Below, one piece after another: positions 17,816 to 28,532 of a DNA stretch of 64,000 nucleotides. The translations under genes and the position numbers were made by a program. The notes beneath the pieces are model-generated. The model worked only from the letters and a program-made list of their open reading frames with translations. It did no database searches and was not told where the DNA came from. Source of the stretch: an uncultured Spirochaetota bacterium (GTDB lineage Bacteria > Spirochaetota > Spirochaetia > SZUA-6 > Fen-1364); NCBI GenBank assembly GCA_963745235.1, contig CAVUXE010000009.1:64001-128000 (forward strand). Reading direction: 5' to 3'. Numbering within the stretch: position 1 is the stretch's first letter; each line of letters begins with the position of its first letter.

Positions 17816-19070
17816 GCTGGCGGGAAAGGTCGGCGCCGCTGTCACCGTGTGCGGCTGGGTCCACCGGATCAGGGACCTTGGCAAAGTGTCTTTCGTCGTT
17901 CTGCGGGACAGGAGCGGCAGCGTCCAGCTGGTGTTCGATGCGAGGCCCGACGTGACCCTGGAGTCAGTGGTGAAAGTGGACGGCACCGCCAGTGCCAACG
18001 AGAAGGCGCCCGGGGGCGTCGAGGTGAGAGTGCAGAACCTGGAGGTCCTCTCCCATGCCGCGCCTGATCTCCCCTTCCCCGTGAACCAGGAGCCGGGAAA
18101 GACCTCCCTGGAGTCCATCCTGGACAACCGCGTGATATCCGTGCGGAACCCCGCCATCCTCTCGATCTTTCGCGTTCAGTCCGCCATTCTCAAGAGCTTT
18201 GCGGAGCACATGAGAAAAGAGGGATTCACCGAAATCAAGACGTCGAAGCTCATCGGAACGGGGACCGAGGGAGGGACCGGCCTCTTCGCCGTGGAATACT
18301 TCGACACTCGCGTCTACCTCACGCAGAGCCCGCAACTGTACAAGCAGGTCATGATCGCCTCAGGCCTGGAGCGCGTCTTCGAGATTGGACCAGCCTACCG
18401 GGCGGAAAAGCACGACACGCCGCGACACATCAACGAGTTTGTCTCCCTTGACGTGGAAATGGCGTTCATCGATGGAGAGCAGGACCTGATGGATCTGGAG
18501 ACCCGGATTCTTTCTTCAATCTTCCATGAAGTCCGCTCCACCTGCCAGCAGGACCTCGACGCCTGGAAAGCTTCCGTTCCTGATCCCGAGCGGTGCGCAA
18601 AGATAGCGCGTGTCTCACACGACGAGGCCAAGGAGATCGTGTCCCGGGAGACCGGAAAGAAAGTGTACGAGATCACACCCGAGGCGGAGAGGTCCCTCTG
18701 CGACTGGGCCCAGAAAGAAACTGGCGTGGACGCCTGCTTCGTGTACGCGTACCCCAGAAAATCGCGCCCCTTCTATACTTTTCCGGCGGAGAACAACAAG
18801 ACACGGGCCTTCGACCTGCTTTTCCGCGGCCTGGAAGTGACATCCGGCGGCATGCGCATCAACCAGTATGACATGCTGGTTGAGAACGCAAAGACCTTTG
18901 GCCTTGATCCCGCGGGTCTCTCTGACTATCTGTCGATCTTCCGCTATGGATGTCCGCCGCACGGCGGGTTTGCCATCGGGCTGGAGCGGCTCACGCAGAA
19001 AATCCTGGGGCTTTCAAACGTGAAAGAGGCCACGCTCTTCCCGCGGGACCGAAAGAGAGTCAGGCCGTAG
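17796..19070 (+). CDS. aspS: Non-discriminating (archaeal/AspRS2-type) aspartate--tRNA(Asp/Asn) ligase
   Basis: ~424 aa with no GAD insert; GWVHRIRDLG, NEKAPGGVEV, QSPQLYKQ, YRAEKHDTPRH, PPHGGFAIGLERL. Confidence 0.9.
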   Translation: MRTLVSELAGKVGAAVTVCGWVHRIRDLGKVSFVVLRDRSGSVQLVFDARPDVTLESVVKVDGTASANEKAPGGVEVRVQNLEVLSHAAPDLPFPVNQEPGKTSLESILDNRVISVRNPAILSIFRVQSAILKSFAEHMRKEGFTEIKTSKLIGTGTEGGTGLFAVEYFDTRVYLTQSPQLYKQVMIASGLERVFEIGPAYRAEKHDTPRHINEFVSLDVEMAFIDGEQDLMDLETRILSSIFHEVRSTCQQDLDAWKASVPDPERCAKIARVSHDEAKEIVSRETGKKVYEITPEAERSLCDWAQKETGVDACFVYAYPRKSRPFYTFPAENNKTRAFDLLFRGLEVTSGGMRINQYDMLVENAKTFGLDPAGLSDYLSIFRYGCPPHGGFAIGLERLTQKILGLSNVKEATLFPRDRKRVRP

Positions 19071-19620
19071 GAGTAGGCGCGGGCCCCCCTGGTTCCCCGG
19101 CTTTCTTCTGGTGCTCGCTGATGTCCTCTGCGTCCCAGGGATAGCAGATCCAGCGGTCCTCCAGCTCCTGGCCGGCAAAGTATCTGCGTATCTCCCGGGG
19201 GATTTTGCCTTTCTTTTCTTTCTTCTTGTTGTGCAGAACGGCGATTGCGATTTCGCACGCCCCGTGGCGCAGCAGCTCGCGCAGGCAGTATTCCAAGGTG
19301 ACCCGCGAATCGTCAACCTCGTCCACCAGGAGTACCTTCCTCCCCGCGAGCTTCTTCTCGACCTCGTCGATCCATTGGATAGTGCGCGGCATCTTTGCGG
19401 GCTTGTTGTCAGGCCCGTAGTACGAGATCCCGACGGTCAGAATTGGCTTCTTCAGGAACGTCTTCAGGATGCGGGCGGGGATGAACCCGCCGGATCCGAT
19501 GGCCACGATGACATCCGGGTCGAAACCATCCGCGCGGATCTGCCCCGCCAGCTCCCGGATGGTCGTGTGTATCTGCTCGTAGGAAAGATAGTACCTGCCA
19601 TCGATGACCGGTGACACCAT
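19060..19620 (-). CDS. Purine (xanthine/hypoxanthine-guanine) phosphoribosyltransferase
   Basis: VAIGSGGFIPARILKTFL, PRPP motif VLLVDEVDDSRVTL, WICYPW. Confidence 0.85.
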   Translation of the reverse strand: MVSPVIDGRYYLSYEQIHTTIRELAGQIRADGFDPDVIVAIGSGGFIPARILKTFLKKPILTVGISYYGPDNKPAKMPRTIQWIDEVEKKLAGRKVLLVDEVDDSRVTLEYCLRELLRHGACEIAIAVLHNKKKEKKGKIPREIRRYFAGQELEDRWICYPWDAEDISEHQKKAGEPGGPAPTPTA

Positions 19621-19674
19621 GGAAGGCAAACAATAGTTGGATTCCCTACCCTGCGCAAGGGTCACCGTGATGAC

Positions 19675-20151
19675 CTACCTGTCTTCCAGCTTGAACCGCG
19701 CCCGCACGGCCTGGAAAAGGCCGTCGAGAAGCGGGTTCTGGGGGCCGCCAATGTGGGCGTCGGACAGGATGTCCCTCCGTTCCTCGGAGAGAACCTTGTA
19801 CAGCTGGCGCAGCGCATCGCTCTTTGTCTCGGCCGCATAGCAGATACGCACGATTCTCTTCAGCTCATCGAGATTCAGGACCTTGCGGCTCTGCCCGATT
19901 GTCAGGAAGAAGACCTTGCCGCCGTCCGACTCCTCGATCTCCACCCCCGCCGCCTGCGGCGTCTGTGTCTTGCGAGACCCCCGGATCTCCCCTGCCACCT
20001 TGTTGATCCGCTCCACACGGGCGTTGTGGATCAGGACACCGGCCTGCTGAAGGAGGAAGAGAAGGCCTTCCTCGTCGACTTCCTTGATGGCATCCCGCAG
20101 CTCCTTTTCCAGTTTTGCCCTGCGCTGGTCGACCTTCTTCTTTGTTGCCAT
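19675..20151 (-). CDS. Hypothetical protein
   Basis: Protein-like ORF MATKKKVDQRR...; TATACT 6 nt upstream of ATG. Confidence 0.6.
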   Translation of the reverse strand: MATKKKVDQRRAKLEKELRDAIKEVDEEGLLFLLQQAGVLIHNARVERINKVAGEIRGSRKTQTPQAAGVEIEESDGGKVFFLTIGQSRKVLNLDELKRIVRICYAAETKSDALRQLYKVLSEERRDILSDAHIGGPQNPLLDGLFQAVRARFKLEDR

Positions 20152-20286
20152 GGCAGGAGTATACACCTCCGGGCAAGTCGGGTTCATGGCGCGTGTGGCG
20201 TTCAAGGCGTGGCCAGGCGTGGCCACGAGCGCTTGACACCCTCGGAAAACCATCACTACCCTTGAAGCAAAGAGAGGGTGCAAGAG

Positions 20287-20640
20287 ATGGCTGATTCCAG
20301 GCGGGGATACGATTCAGATCTTCTTCGCGGGAACACGGACTCGCTGCTTCTCTACCTCATCAACGAGATGGGACAGGCATATGGATATCGCCTCATCAAG
20401 GAGGTGGAGATCCGCAGCGGAGGATACTTCCGATTCAAGGAAGGAACGGTCTACCCGGCGCTTCGCAAGCTGGAGAACGACGGCCTGGTGCAGGGAGAAT
20501 GGAAGAAACTGCCCAACGGTCAGGAGAGGCGCTACTATTCCATGACGGACCAGGGCCGGGAGCTCCTGCAGCAGAAGCTCGCCATGTGGCGCAGCTTTGC
20601 GAGCGCCATGGCGCTCGTCATGAAGCCCTCGGAGGGGTAA
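20287..20640 (+). CDS. PadR family transcriptional regulator
   Basis: YGYRLIKE, EGTVYPALRKLE, RRYYSMT. Confidence 0.92.
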   Translation: MADSRRGYDSDLLRGNTDSLLLYLINEMGQAYGYRLIKEVEIRSGGYFRFKEGTVYPALRKLENDGLVQGEWKKLPNGQERRYYSMTDQGRELLQQKLAMWRSFASAMALVMKPSEG

Positions 20641-20654
20641 GAAAGAGGACGGCC

Positions 20655-21632
20655 ATGCAGGCGGAGGTGGCCACGTACCTGGATGAGGTCAGGACGCACC
20701 TGCACCTCGATCCGCATACGGAATCCAGAGTCATAAGCGAGCTGTATTCTCACCTGCAGGAAAAGGTGAGCGACCTGCAGGAAAGAGGCGCGTCAGAGCT
20801 TGAGGCCACGCGGGAGGCGTTGGCGTCTTTTGGCGGCGCGCGCGCAATTGCCCGGCTGACCTACGAAGCGTACAGCCGGGGCAGCTGGATGGAAGCGCTC
20901 ATCAGCTGCCAGCCCCATATGATTGTCGCGGCGCTGTTCGCGACCCACATCTGGAGACAGCCGGTCATGCTGGGGGCGGCATTTGCCGCCATTCTCCTGA
21001 CCGCGGCGCTCGGCAGCCGCCGGGGCACCCCGACATGGCTGTACTCCTGGATGGGGTACGCGGTGTTCCCGTTCCTGATCCTGGCGAGCATGTCCTGGGA
21101 CCCGGTGGTCCGCACGGTGACCTACATGGTCAGGGGAACCGGGGAGCCCGCGCCGGTGTGGGAGCTGGCGCTGCTGGGGGCCCTGTGCGTGTTCACGATC
21201 TGGCTCGTGGCTTCCACTACCGTGAAGTCGACCAGGCGGGACTGGATCCTGGCATCGCTCATGCTTCTCCCCCTCCCCGTGCTGGCAATCTGGCTCATCA
21301 CGATCAACAAGTCCGAGGGATTTGTCCTCGACGCCCTGCGCGGCTTCGAGGTCCGGTTCAGCCGCTGGGACGCGGCCATGGCATATTTCTCCGCGACCCT
21401 CGGAGTCGCCTCCGTTCTCTTCATCCGCGTCCGTCAGCGCGTGCTCAAGGCCGGGTCCATTTTCGGCGTCGGGATCGTTGGCGGGGCCGCGCTGCTCAGA
21501 AGCTTCTGGGGCGTAGCGGGAGTCCTGGATCTTCTCCTCCTGTCCCTGGCTCTTCTCGCGTTCCTGACGAGCCCTCTCCTGCTTCGCAGGGTCATCGGAA
21601 GGGAGGCTGAGCCTGCCGTCAGGCCTTCCTGA
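20655..21632 (+). CDS. Membrane protein with N-terminal HAAS/permease-prefix domain
   Basis: ELYSHLQEKV...ATREALASFG followed by multiple TM helices; typical PadR partner. Confidence 0.7.
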   Translation: MQAEVATYLDEVRTHLHLDPHTESRVISELYSHLQEKVSDLQERGASELEATREALASFGGARAIARLTYEAYSRGSWMEALISCQPHMIVAALFATHIWRQPVMLGAAFAAILLTAALGSRRGTPTWLYSWMGYAVFPFLILASMSWDPVVRTVTYMVRGTGEPAPVWELALLGALCVFTIWLVASTTVKSTRRDWILASLMLLPLPVLAIWLITINKSEGFVLDALRGFEVRFSRWDAAMAYFSATLGVASVLFIRVRQRVLKAGSIFGVGIVGGAALLRSFWGVAGVLDLLLLSLALLAFLTSPLLLRRVIGREAEPAVRPS

Positions 21633-21723
21633 CCTTTCCTGACCCGCGTTTCTTGACTCTGCGCGGCCGGTGTGGATACTATTCGCATAGGCTGTCTATG
21701 TAAGGTCAGCCGGCAGAGGCACC

Positions 21724-22431
21724 ATGGTCGCTCGCTATTTCTACAAAGCGGTGCGTTACCTCTTTTTCAGAGCTCACATTCGCGGAAGGCGAAACCTTCA
21801 ATCGAAAGAGCCGGTGATCATGGTGGCCAACCACGTTGGCTCTTTCGGTCCCGTGTCCCTCATCACCTCAATGCCCGTCCGGATGTATCCCTGGGTGGCC
21901 CACGAAGTCACTGACGTGAAGACTGTCGCATCGAGGATCCAGCAGGAGTTCCTGGAGCAGGAGCTTCACCTGAAACCACCGCTCAGCACCTGGCTCGGTC
22001 GGGTGGTCGGAAGGATCTGCGTCGCGCTCATGAAGGATATCGGAGCCATCCCGGTCTACCAGAAAAGCAAGCAGATCAAGGCAACTGTCCTGCAATCTCT
22101 TTCCCTGCTGGAGCAGGGGAAGAACATTCTCGTGTTCGCCGAGGACTCCACGAAGAAAATCAACGACACGATGTGCGAGTTCTGCACCGGCTTCATTCAC
22201 GTTGCCCGGCAGTATTACCAGAGGACGAGGAAGGCGGTTCAGTTTCTTCCCGTGGCGGTCAACCGCAAAATCGGCGCAATCCTGATTGGCACGCCGATAC
22301 GTTTTGACGGGGGGAAGCCGTTTTCAGCAGAGAAAGTGCGGCTGAAAGCCGAGCTTGAAAGCACCGTGTTCGCGCTGTACCAGCAACTGGAGGATGGCGC
22401 CGTCGAGCATCTGGTCCCCGTCAGAACCTGA
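21724..22431 (+). CDS. PlsC-family lysophospholipid acyltransferase
   Basis: MVANHVGS, GAIPVY, ILVFAE, FLPVAV. Confidence 0.75.
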   Translation: MVARYFYKAVRYLFFRAHIRGRRNLQSKEPVIMVANHVGSFGPVSLITSMPVRMYPWVAHEVTDVKTVASRIQQEFLEQELHLKPPLSTWLGRVVGRICVALMKDIGAIPVYQKSKQIKATVLQSLSLLEQGKNILVFAEDSTKKINDTMCEFCTGFIHVARQYYQRTRKAVQFLPVAVNRKIGAILIGTPIRFDGGKPFSAEKVRLKAELESTVFALYQQLEDGAVEHLVPVRT

Positions 22432-24241
22432 GGTCAACTTCCTCCGTATCGTGCCTGCCTGTTATCTTCATGAAAAGTGTCCTGCTCGCCTCATCGTATG
22501 TCCAGCCGTCCGAGTACTTCGCATAGGAAGGGTCCGAATGCCAGGGGACTCCGTGCAGCCGAATCTGCTGAAATGGGCGGACCCCCTGAAATACCAGGTG
22601 CTCTGGTACTCCCACCGGATACGAGAGGGTGAGCCGCACCTCTCCATCAACCATGTCTGCTGACCTGACGTCAGCCGCGGTCCAGACCCAGCAGCCTGAG
22701 CCCATGAGCCGATACAAGGGCACCTCGTGCGGGATGTGCCGTCCCTGCGGCAGCATCATGTAGACTGACTCAGGAGCAATGGCGCCTTCTTTCGCTGCAG
22801 GCCGCCCGGATGCCAGGGACAGGGTGGCCGGCAGGAAACCGTCACTCGATGCAAGGGAGAGAGAGGAGACGATCAAGCCGCGCCCGAGCGCTCCGACCAT
22901 GGAGGATTGCAGAAGCGATCCCGCCCGGACGAGCAGCGACCCGCAGCGGATGGATTGCTTGAGATCGACCCTGCCGTCCTGCGAAAGGAAGAACACCGCC
23001 CCGCTCCCATCTGCCCCTATGGATGGAAGCAGCCGGTTCTCTATGAGGTTTCTTGCTGCCTGCGGGATGGAGGCGTCATCCCCTATGAACTGGAGGGAGT
23101 CCAACATGGCCTCCAGCACGGTCAGCAGCGAAGCCGGCGGAAGCCTGGCCGGGTCCAGGGCCTGAAGGGAGGAAAGGATGGTCTTTGCCAGCGCCGGACC
23201 TCCCCGGTCCAGCCCGTACAGCAAGACTCCCGCCTGCGCCGCAAGCGACGCGTCCCCCTGCGCGGCGAGGCTCTTCAGTCGATCTGCCCCCCCGGTATCC
23301 CTGTCCCGGAGCCGCTTTGCAAAGTCCCTGACACGGCCGGAATACACGCACGTGAAGTTCGTCAGCTGAAGCCCCGAGCTCCGGCCGATCTGATCATCAA
23401 GCGCATTTGACCAGGTCTGGACCGCGGTGGAAAATGACCCGCGCTCCAAGGATTCCGCCAGCAAGCCCGCGCCTATCTCCTCCGCGAAACCCGGCCCGCC
23501 GTCGGCCATTTTCCAGCTTCCGTCGTCAGCTGAAAAACGGGATACGCTCCAGCCGGAGTACGCAAGGTCCGAGAACCTGGCCATGGAGGCGGCAAGCTGG
23601 TCCTGCGTGGGAAGCGATTTCTCGTCAGGAAGACGGGGCGTCGGGGCCGGAGCCGCCGACACAGCCGCAGGAGACGCCGCCGGGGAAAGGGAGACCAGGC
23701 GCATCTGGGAAGGCGAGGCCGCCCCCAGCCGAAGGCTGATTGTTCTCGAGTCGTAGTCGATGGCGGCACCCGATGGGAGGACCAGCTGGAACGCGCCCGT
23801 CCCCTGTCTCCATGACAGCATGTTCGTCCCCGAGTCTCCCTGGAGCACGCCCGTCACTTTGAAAGGAATGTCGAGAACACCGGCGGGCGCAGAGTTGCCA
23901 GGCACCTGGGAGATCATCATGTCTGTCCCGGCGGAGGACAGCCGCAGCCGCTCGCTGTCGGCAAGAACAATGTCCGCCGTCCCGTGTCCCGTTTCGAGCC
24001 TCACGAGACCTGGACTGGAGGCTCGTGAAAATCGAAGGCTCATCCCGTTCCAGGAGACAGTCAGCTCCTCCAGGGCGTCCCTGTTGAAAAGGGGGAGAGG
24101 GGAAAAGCGCCCTGAGACGCGCGTCTCACCAACGACCGTCCGCGAAAAGCTGCCCGCGAATACGGCGAGGCACAGAAGGAGAAGGACAGCGCCGGCGTAG
24201 ACCACCGACGCGAGAAGATACCGGCGCGGCAAGCCTTGCAT
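22421..24241 (-). CDS. Hypothetical membrane-anchored protein
   Basis: 606 aa ORF with N-terminal TM helix; no family recognised. Confidence 0.6.
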   Translation of the reverse strand: MQGLPRRYLLASVVYAGAVLLLLCLAVFAGSFSRTVVGETRVSGRFSPLPLFNRDALEELTVSWNGMSLRFSRASSPGLVRLETGHGTADIVLADSERLRLSSAGTDMMISQVPGNSAPAGVLDIPFKVTGVLQGDSGTNMLSWRQGTGAFQLVLPSGAAIDYDSRTISLRLGAASPSQMRLVSLSPAASPAAVSAAPAPTPRLPDEKSLPTQDQLAASMARFSDLAYSGWSVSRFSADDGSWKMADGGPGFAEEIGAGLLAESLERGSFSTAVQTWSNALDDQIGRSSGLQLTNFTCVYSGRVRDFAKRLRDRDTGGADRLKSLAAQGDASLAAQAGVLLYGLDRGGPALAKTILSSLQALDPARLPPASLLTVLEAMLDSLQFIGDDASIPQAARNLIENRLLPSIGADGSGAVFFLSQDGRVDLKQSIRCGSLLVRAGSLLQSSMVGALGRGLIVSSLSLASSDGFLPATLSLASGRPAAKEGAIAPESVYMMLPQGRHIPHEVPLYRLMGSGCWVWTAADVRSADMVDGEVRLTLSYPVGVPEHLVFQGVRPFQQIRLHGVPWHSDPSYAKYSDGWTYDEASRTLFMKITGRHDTEEVDLRF

Positions 24242-24360
24242 CGGCTGCGGATTCTATCAGGGCAGCTTGAAACATGCAACGCGAAGGGCCTTTCGGCCTT
24301 TCGGACCTCGCCGGGCTTGAACCTCAGGGACAAAATCAATAGCATGGCCCCGGAGGTGTG

Positions 24361-25051
24361 ATGGCCCTCAACAGAGTCCAGACGATCGATGACCGGGTAC
24401 GGGTGAAAACCGCCCTGGTCAGCGTCTGGGACAAGACGGGCCTGAACCTCCTGGTATCCGGACTCCTCGCCGCTTCCCCTGAAATCAGGATCCTCTCGAC
24501 GGGCGGAACGTATGGCGCCGTGCAGAAGATCCTGGGGCCCGCGGCGGCCGGCAGGCTGCAGCAGATCTCCGAGTACACCGGGCAGCCCGAGATGCAGGGC
24601 GGGCTGGTGAAGACGCTGGATTTCAAGGTATATCTGGGCATTCTCTCGGAAACCTACAACCCGGCGCATCATGACGATATGGCCCGCGCGGGAGCGGCTC
24701 CCATCGACCTCGTGGTGGTGAACCTCTACCCCTTCGGGAGCGTCGTCTCACAGCCGGGCACAAGCCCGGAAGACGGCCCGGGCGAATATCGACATCGGCG
24801 GCCCCTGCATGGTCCGCGCGGCGGCGAAGAACTTTCACCGCGTGGCCACCCTCACTGATCCCGCGGATTACCAGCCCCTGATCTCGGAGCTTTCCGAATG
24901 CGGGGGGGCACTCTCGCTTGCCACGCGGTGGCGCCTTGCGCAGAAGGCCTTCGCCGTCACTGCCGCGTACGACGCCGCGATCAGCGCGTACCTCGCGGGG
25001 CTCGACGTCGAGCGCGTGCGCCGCGACTATGAAGTAAGACAGGGAAGCTGA
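24361..25051 (+). CDS. purH: PurH N-terminal half (IMP cyclohydrolase, MGS-like), one frameshift at ~24778
   Basis: [30 protein letters not shown], then [17 protein letters not shown] in the next frame. Confidence 0.85.
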
Positions 25052-25057
25052 AGCGAC

Positions 25058-26319
25058 ATGGCGGCCCCTGATCTGAAGAGCGCCTACAGGCGCATCATGG
25101 AGGACCATTTCCCCGATCGGATGGAGATCAGCTTCGTCGGGCGACGCGGGCCGGCAGACCCTCTTCTACGAAAAGGCCACCTGGGTGATCGACGGTGAAG
25201 AAAAGGGGCTTCGCTACGGGGAAAATCCCGGGCAGGAGGCGGCCCTGTACCGCCTGGTGAACGGGAACCTTTCCCTCGGGGACGCTGTCACGATCCGCCC
25301 CGGGCGTCACCTCGCCTCGGACGTCGAGCTCCTGCAGTCGGGGAAGCACCCGGGCAAGATCAACATCACCGACGTGGACAACGCGCTCAACATCCTGCGC
25401 TACCTGTCCGCCACCCCGTGCGCCGTCATCGTGAAGCACAACAACCCCTGCGGCGTGGCCACGGGCGGCAACGCTTGCCGAGGCGTATCACAAGGCCCAC
25501 ATGGCGGACAGGATCGCCGCCTTCGGCGGGGCCATCGCGCTGAACCGGGAGGTGGACAAGGAAACCGCGGAGCTCATTGCGGCGGCGTACGCGGAGGTGG
25601 TGGTCGCCCCCGATTTCGCCCCGGGCGTCATGGAGATCTTCTCGCCGCTGGAAGAACCTCCGCGTCATGCGCATTGCAAACATGGCACGGCTGGAGAGCT
25701 TCGTCGGCGCGCAGTACGTCGACTTCAAGAGCCTGATCGACGGAGGGATCATCGCGCAGACCGCCTTTGTTCCCCGCACACGCGGACGTGACGGACTTCC
25801 TTCCCGCCCAGGCCGCGTCCAAGGGCAAGGAATATCGCGTGCGCGAGATCTCCGACTCCGGCGGAGAGCTGGACGACCTGCTCTTCGGCTGGCTCGTGGA
25901 GACCGGGATCACGAGCAACTCGGTGATCTACGTCAAGGACGGGGCGACGGTCGGCATCGGCACGGGGGAGCAGGACAGGGTGGGCGTCGCGGAGATCGCG
26001 CGCGACAAGGCGTATCGCAAGCTTGCAGACCGGCTGGCCTGGGAGAGCTTCAGCACCCCGTACGCTTCCCTCGACAGGCCGGAGGCGCGCGCAGAGATCG
26101 ACCGGGAAGTGGCCCGGCAGAAGGGCGGGATCAGCCGGATCCTGCATGGTCTCAGACGGGTTCTTCCCCTTCCGCGACGGCGTGGACGTCGGCATCCGGG
26201 AAGGGGTGACCGCCATCGTCCAGCCGGGAGGCTCGGAGAGGGACTTCGAGTCGATCGAGGCCTGCAACGAGGCGGATGTCGCCATGGTCTTCACGGGCCA
26301 GAGAAGCTTCAAGCACTGA
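25058..26319 (+). CDS. purH: PurH C-terminal half (AICAR transformylase-like) as a separate gene, about 5 frameshifts
   Basis: [70 protein letters not shown] spread over successive frames. Confidence 0.8.
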
Positions 26320-26332
26320 GGAAGGACGGACG

Positions 26333-27581
26333 ATGTACGAGAGGAACGCGGCCCACATCGAGGCCCTGGTGAAGGACCAGAACGAATGGCGTGAAAGCTG
26401 CATCAACCTGATCGCCAGTGAGAACGTGACCAGTCGCAGGGTCCGAGGGATCATGGGATCGGATTTCGCGCACCGGTACGCGGAAGGCCATCCCGGAGAG
26501 CGCTATTACCAGGGGACCGAGATCATCGACGAGATCGAGAGCCTCCTCAAGCAGCACATGAAGAGCCTCTTCCACTGCAAGCATACCGACGTGCGCCCCA
26601 TCAGCGGGACCATCGCCAACGACGCGGTCTTCAGCCGCTACATACGCTGGGGCGACATTGCGCTGGTCAACTCCACGCCCGGCGGCGGGCACATCAGCCA
26701 TCACCGCGCCGGCTCCGTGGGCAAGTACACGAAGAACATCGTGAACTTCCCGCTCACCGCGGACGGCTGTCACATCGACGTGGACCATACCCTGGACATC
26801 ATGAAGGCCCTGGAGCCGCGGTTGCTGATCATGGGAAAGAGCCTCTTCCTTTTCCCCGAGCCCGTGAAAGAGATCGCCCCGTATTGCCGCAAAAAGGGGA
26901 TTCACCTCATCTACGACGCGGCGCACGTTCTGGGGCTGATTGCCGGCCATCAGTTCCAGGACCCCCTGGCGGAAGGGGCGACCATCGTCACCGCAAGCAC
27001 GCACAAGACGTTCTTCGGCTCCCAGCGCGGCGTGATCCTTTCCAACGTGGACGACGAGGAATGGCGCAAGATCGACAAAGGGGCTTTCCCCGGTTCTTCC
27101 TCCAACCACCACCTGGAGACCCTCGTTGCGCTTGCCCTCTCCACCTACGAGATGCTGGAGTTCGGCGCGGACTACGCGCGCCAGGTCGTTGCCAACGCAA
27201 AGCACTTGGCTCGCAAGCTCTTCGACCTGGGCTTCAAGGTCCAGGCGGAGCAGTTCGGGTTCACGGAGAGCCACCAGGTGGCGATCGACATGAATGACTT
27301 CGGGGGCGGGGAGACCGCGGCGCGGGATCTCAAGGACAACCGGATCATCGTCAACATGAACCTTCTCCCCTTCGAGCCCCTGGCCCACGCCACGAGCCCC
27401 GCCGGGATCAGGCTCGGCGTGCAGGAGATGACGCGCGTCGGAATGAAGGAGGCTGAGATGGAGCAGGATCGCGGAGCTGTTCAAGCGTTGCCTCATGGAG
27501 AAGAAGTTCGTCGGTGACGAGGTGAAGGAGATGCGCTCCCACTACCGGGAGGTCGGCTTCTCCTTCGACGCCCAGGATTGA
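26333..27581 (+). CDS. glyA: Serine hydroxymethyltransferase, frameshift at ~27467
   Basis: NLIASEN, YAEGHPGERYY, STHKT PLP motif, FPGSSSNHH, GIRLG. Confidence 0.92.
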
Positions 27582-27642
27582 CCAGGTACCGCCTGCCGCG
27601 CACTGCATGCCGCGCGCCGCATGATACGCGCCGCCGGAAAGC

Positions 27643-27671
27643 TTGACCTCTGCCCGCGCTCACCGTATAGT
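27643..27671 (+). promoter_or_regulatory. sigma70 promoter for the methyltransferase-folD pair
   Basis: TTGACC, 17 bp, TATAGT. Confidence 0.55.
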
Positions 27672-27715
27672 TCGCGGATCTCCTCTCTCACTCCACGCAG
27701 GAAAGGGTACCGGAC

Positions 27716-28519
27716 ATGCTCATCATTGGAGAACTGATCAACTCGACGCGCAAGCAGATCCGCAAGGCGATCGAGGAGAAGGACAGCGCCTACATCCAGA
27801 ACCTGGCCAAGAAGCAGGCGGAGGCGGGGGCCAACTGGGTGGATGTGAACGCCGGGGCGTTTCCAAACGACGAGGTGGAGAAGGTGCAGTGGCTGATCTC
27901 GGTGATCCGCGAAGTCACGGAAGTACCGCTGTCCATCGATTCCCCGCGGCCAGCGGCGGTTGAAGCGGGGCTTGCCATGGCAGGAAAGGATCCTTTCCTC
28001 AATTCCATCTCGGCCGAGTCCGACCGGTACAAGACCTTGATCCCTTTCCTCAAGAAGTACAACGCTCGGGTGGTGGCGCTGAGCCTTGATGACAGCGGGA
28101 TGACGGAGGACATGGGCCGGGTGTGGGAGGTCGCTGACGGTCTGATCAAGAGGCTGGAGGACGACGGTGTGCCCCCCGAGCACATATTCGTGGACCCGTT
28201 GATACGGCCGGTAAGCACCAATCCCGAATACGGAATGGGCGCCCTGGGTGTCGTTGCAAAGATCACCGAGCGGCATCCGCAGGTGCACAAGACCTGCGGA
28301 CTGTCCAACGTTTCCTACGGCCTGCCTCGCCGGAAGCTGCTCAACCAGGTGTTTGTGGCCATGGCCATCGCAAAAGGCATGGACAGCGCGATTGTCGACC
28401 CCCTGGATCCCCGCATGATGGCGACCATTGTCGCCGCGGAGGCCCTCGCCGGCAAGGACCAGTTCTGCATGGGCTATATCACGGCAGAGCGTGAAGGCAA
28501 GCTCGAGGGGATCGGGTAA
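27716..28519 (+). CDS. Methyltetrahydrofolate:corrinoid methyltransferase (AcsE-like pterin-binding)
   Basis: IIGELINSTRK, PLSIDS, FVDPL, GLSNVSYGLP, GMDSAIVDP. Confidence 0.88.
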   Translation: MLIIGELINSTRKQIRKAIEEKDSAYIQNLAKKQAEAGANWVDVNAGAFPNDEVEKVQWLISVIREVTEVPLSIDSPRPAAVEAGLAMAGKDPFLNSISAESDRYKTLIPFLKKYNARVVALSLDDSGMTEDMGRVWEVADGLIKRLEDDGVPPEHIFVDPLIRPVSTNPEYGMGALGVVAKITERHPQVHKTCGLSNVSYGLPRRKLLNQVFVAMAIAKGMDSAIVDPLDPRMMATIVAAEALAGKDQFCMGYITAEREGKLEGIG

Positions 28520-28532
28520 AGGAGAACAAGCC

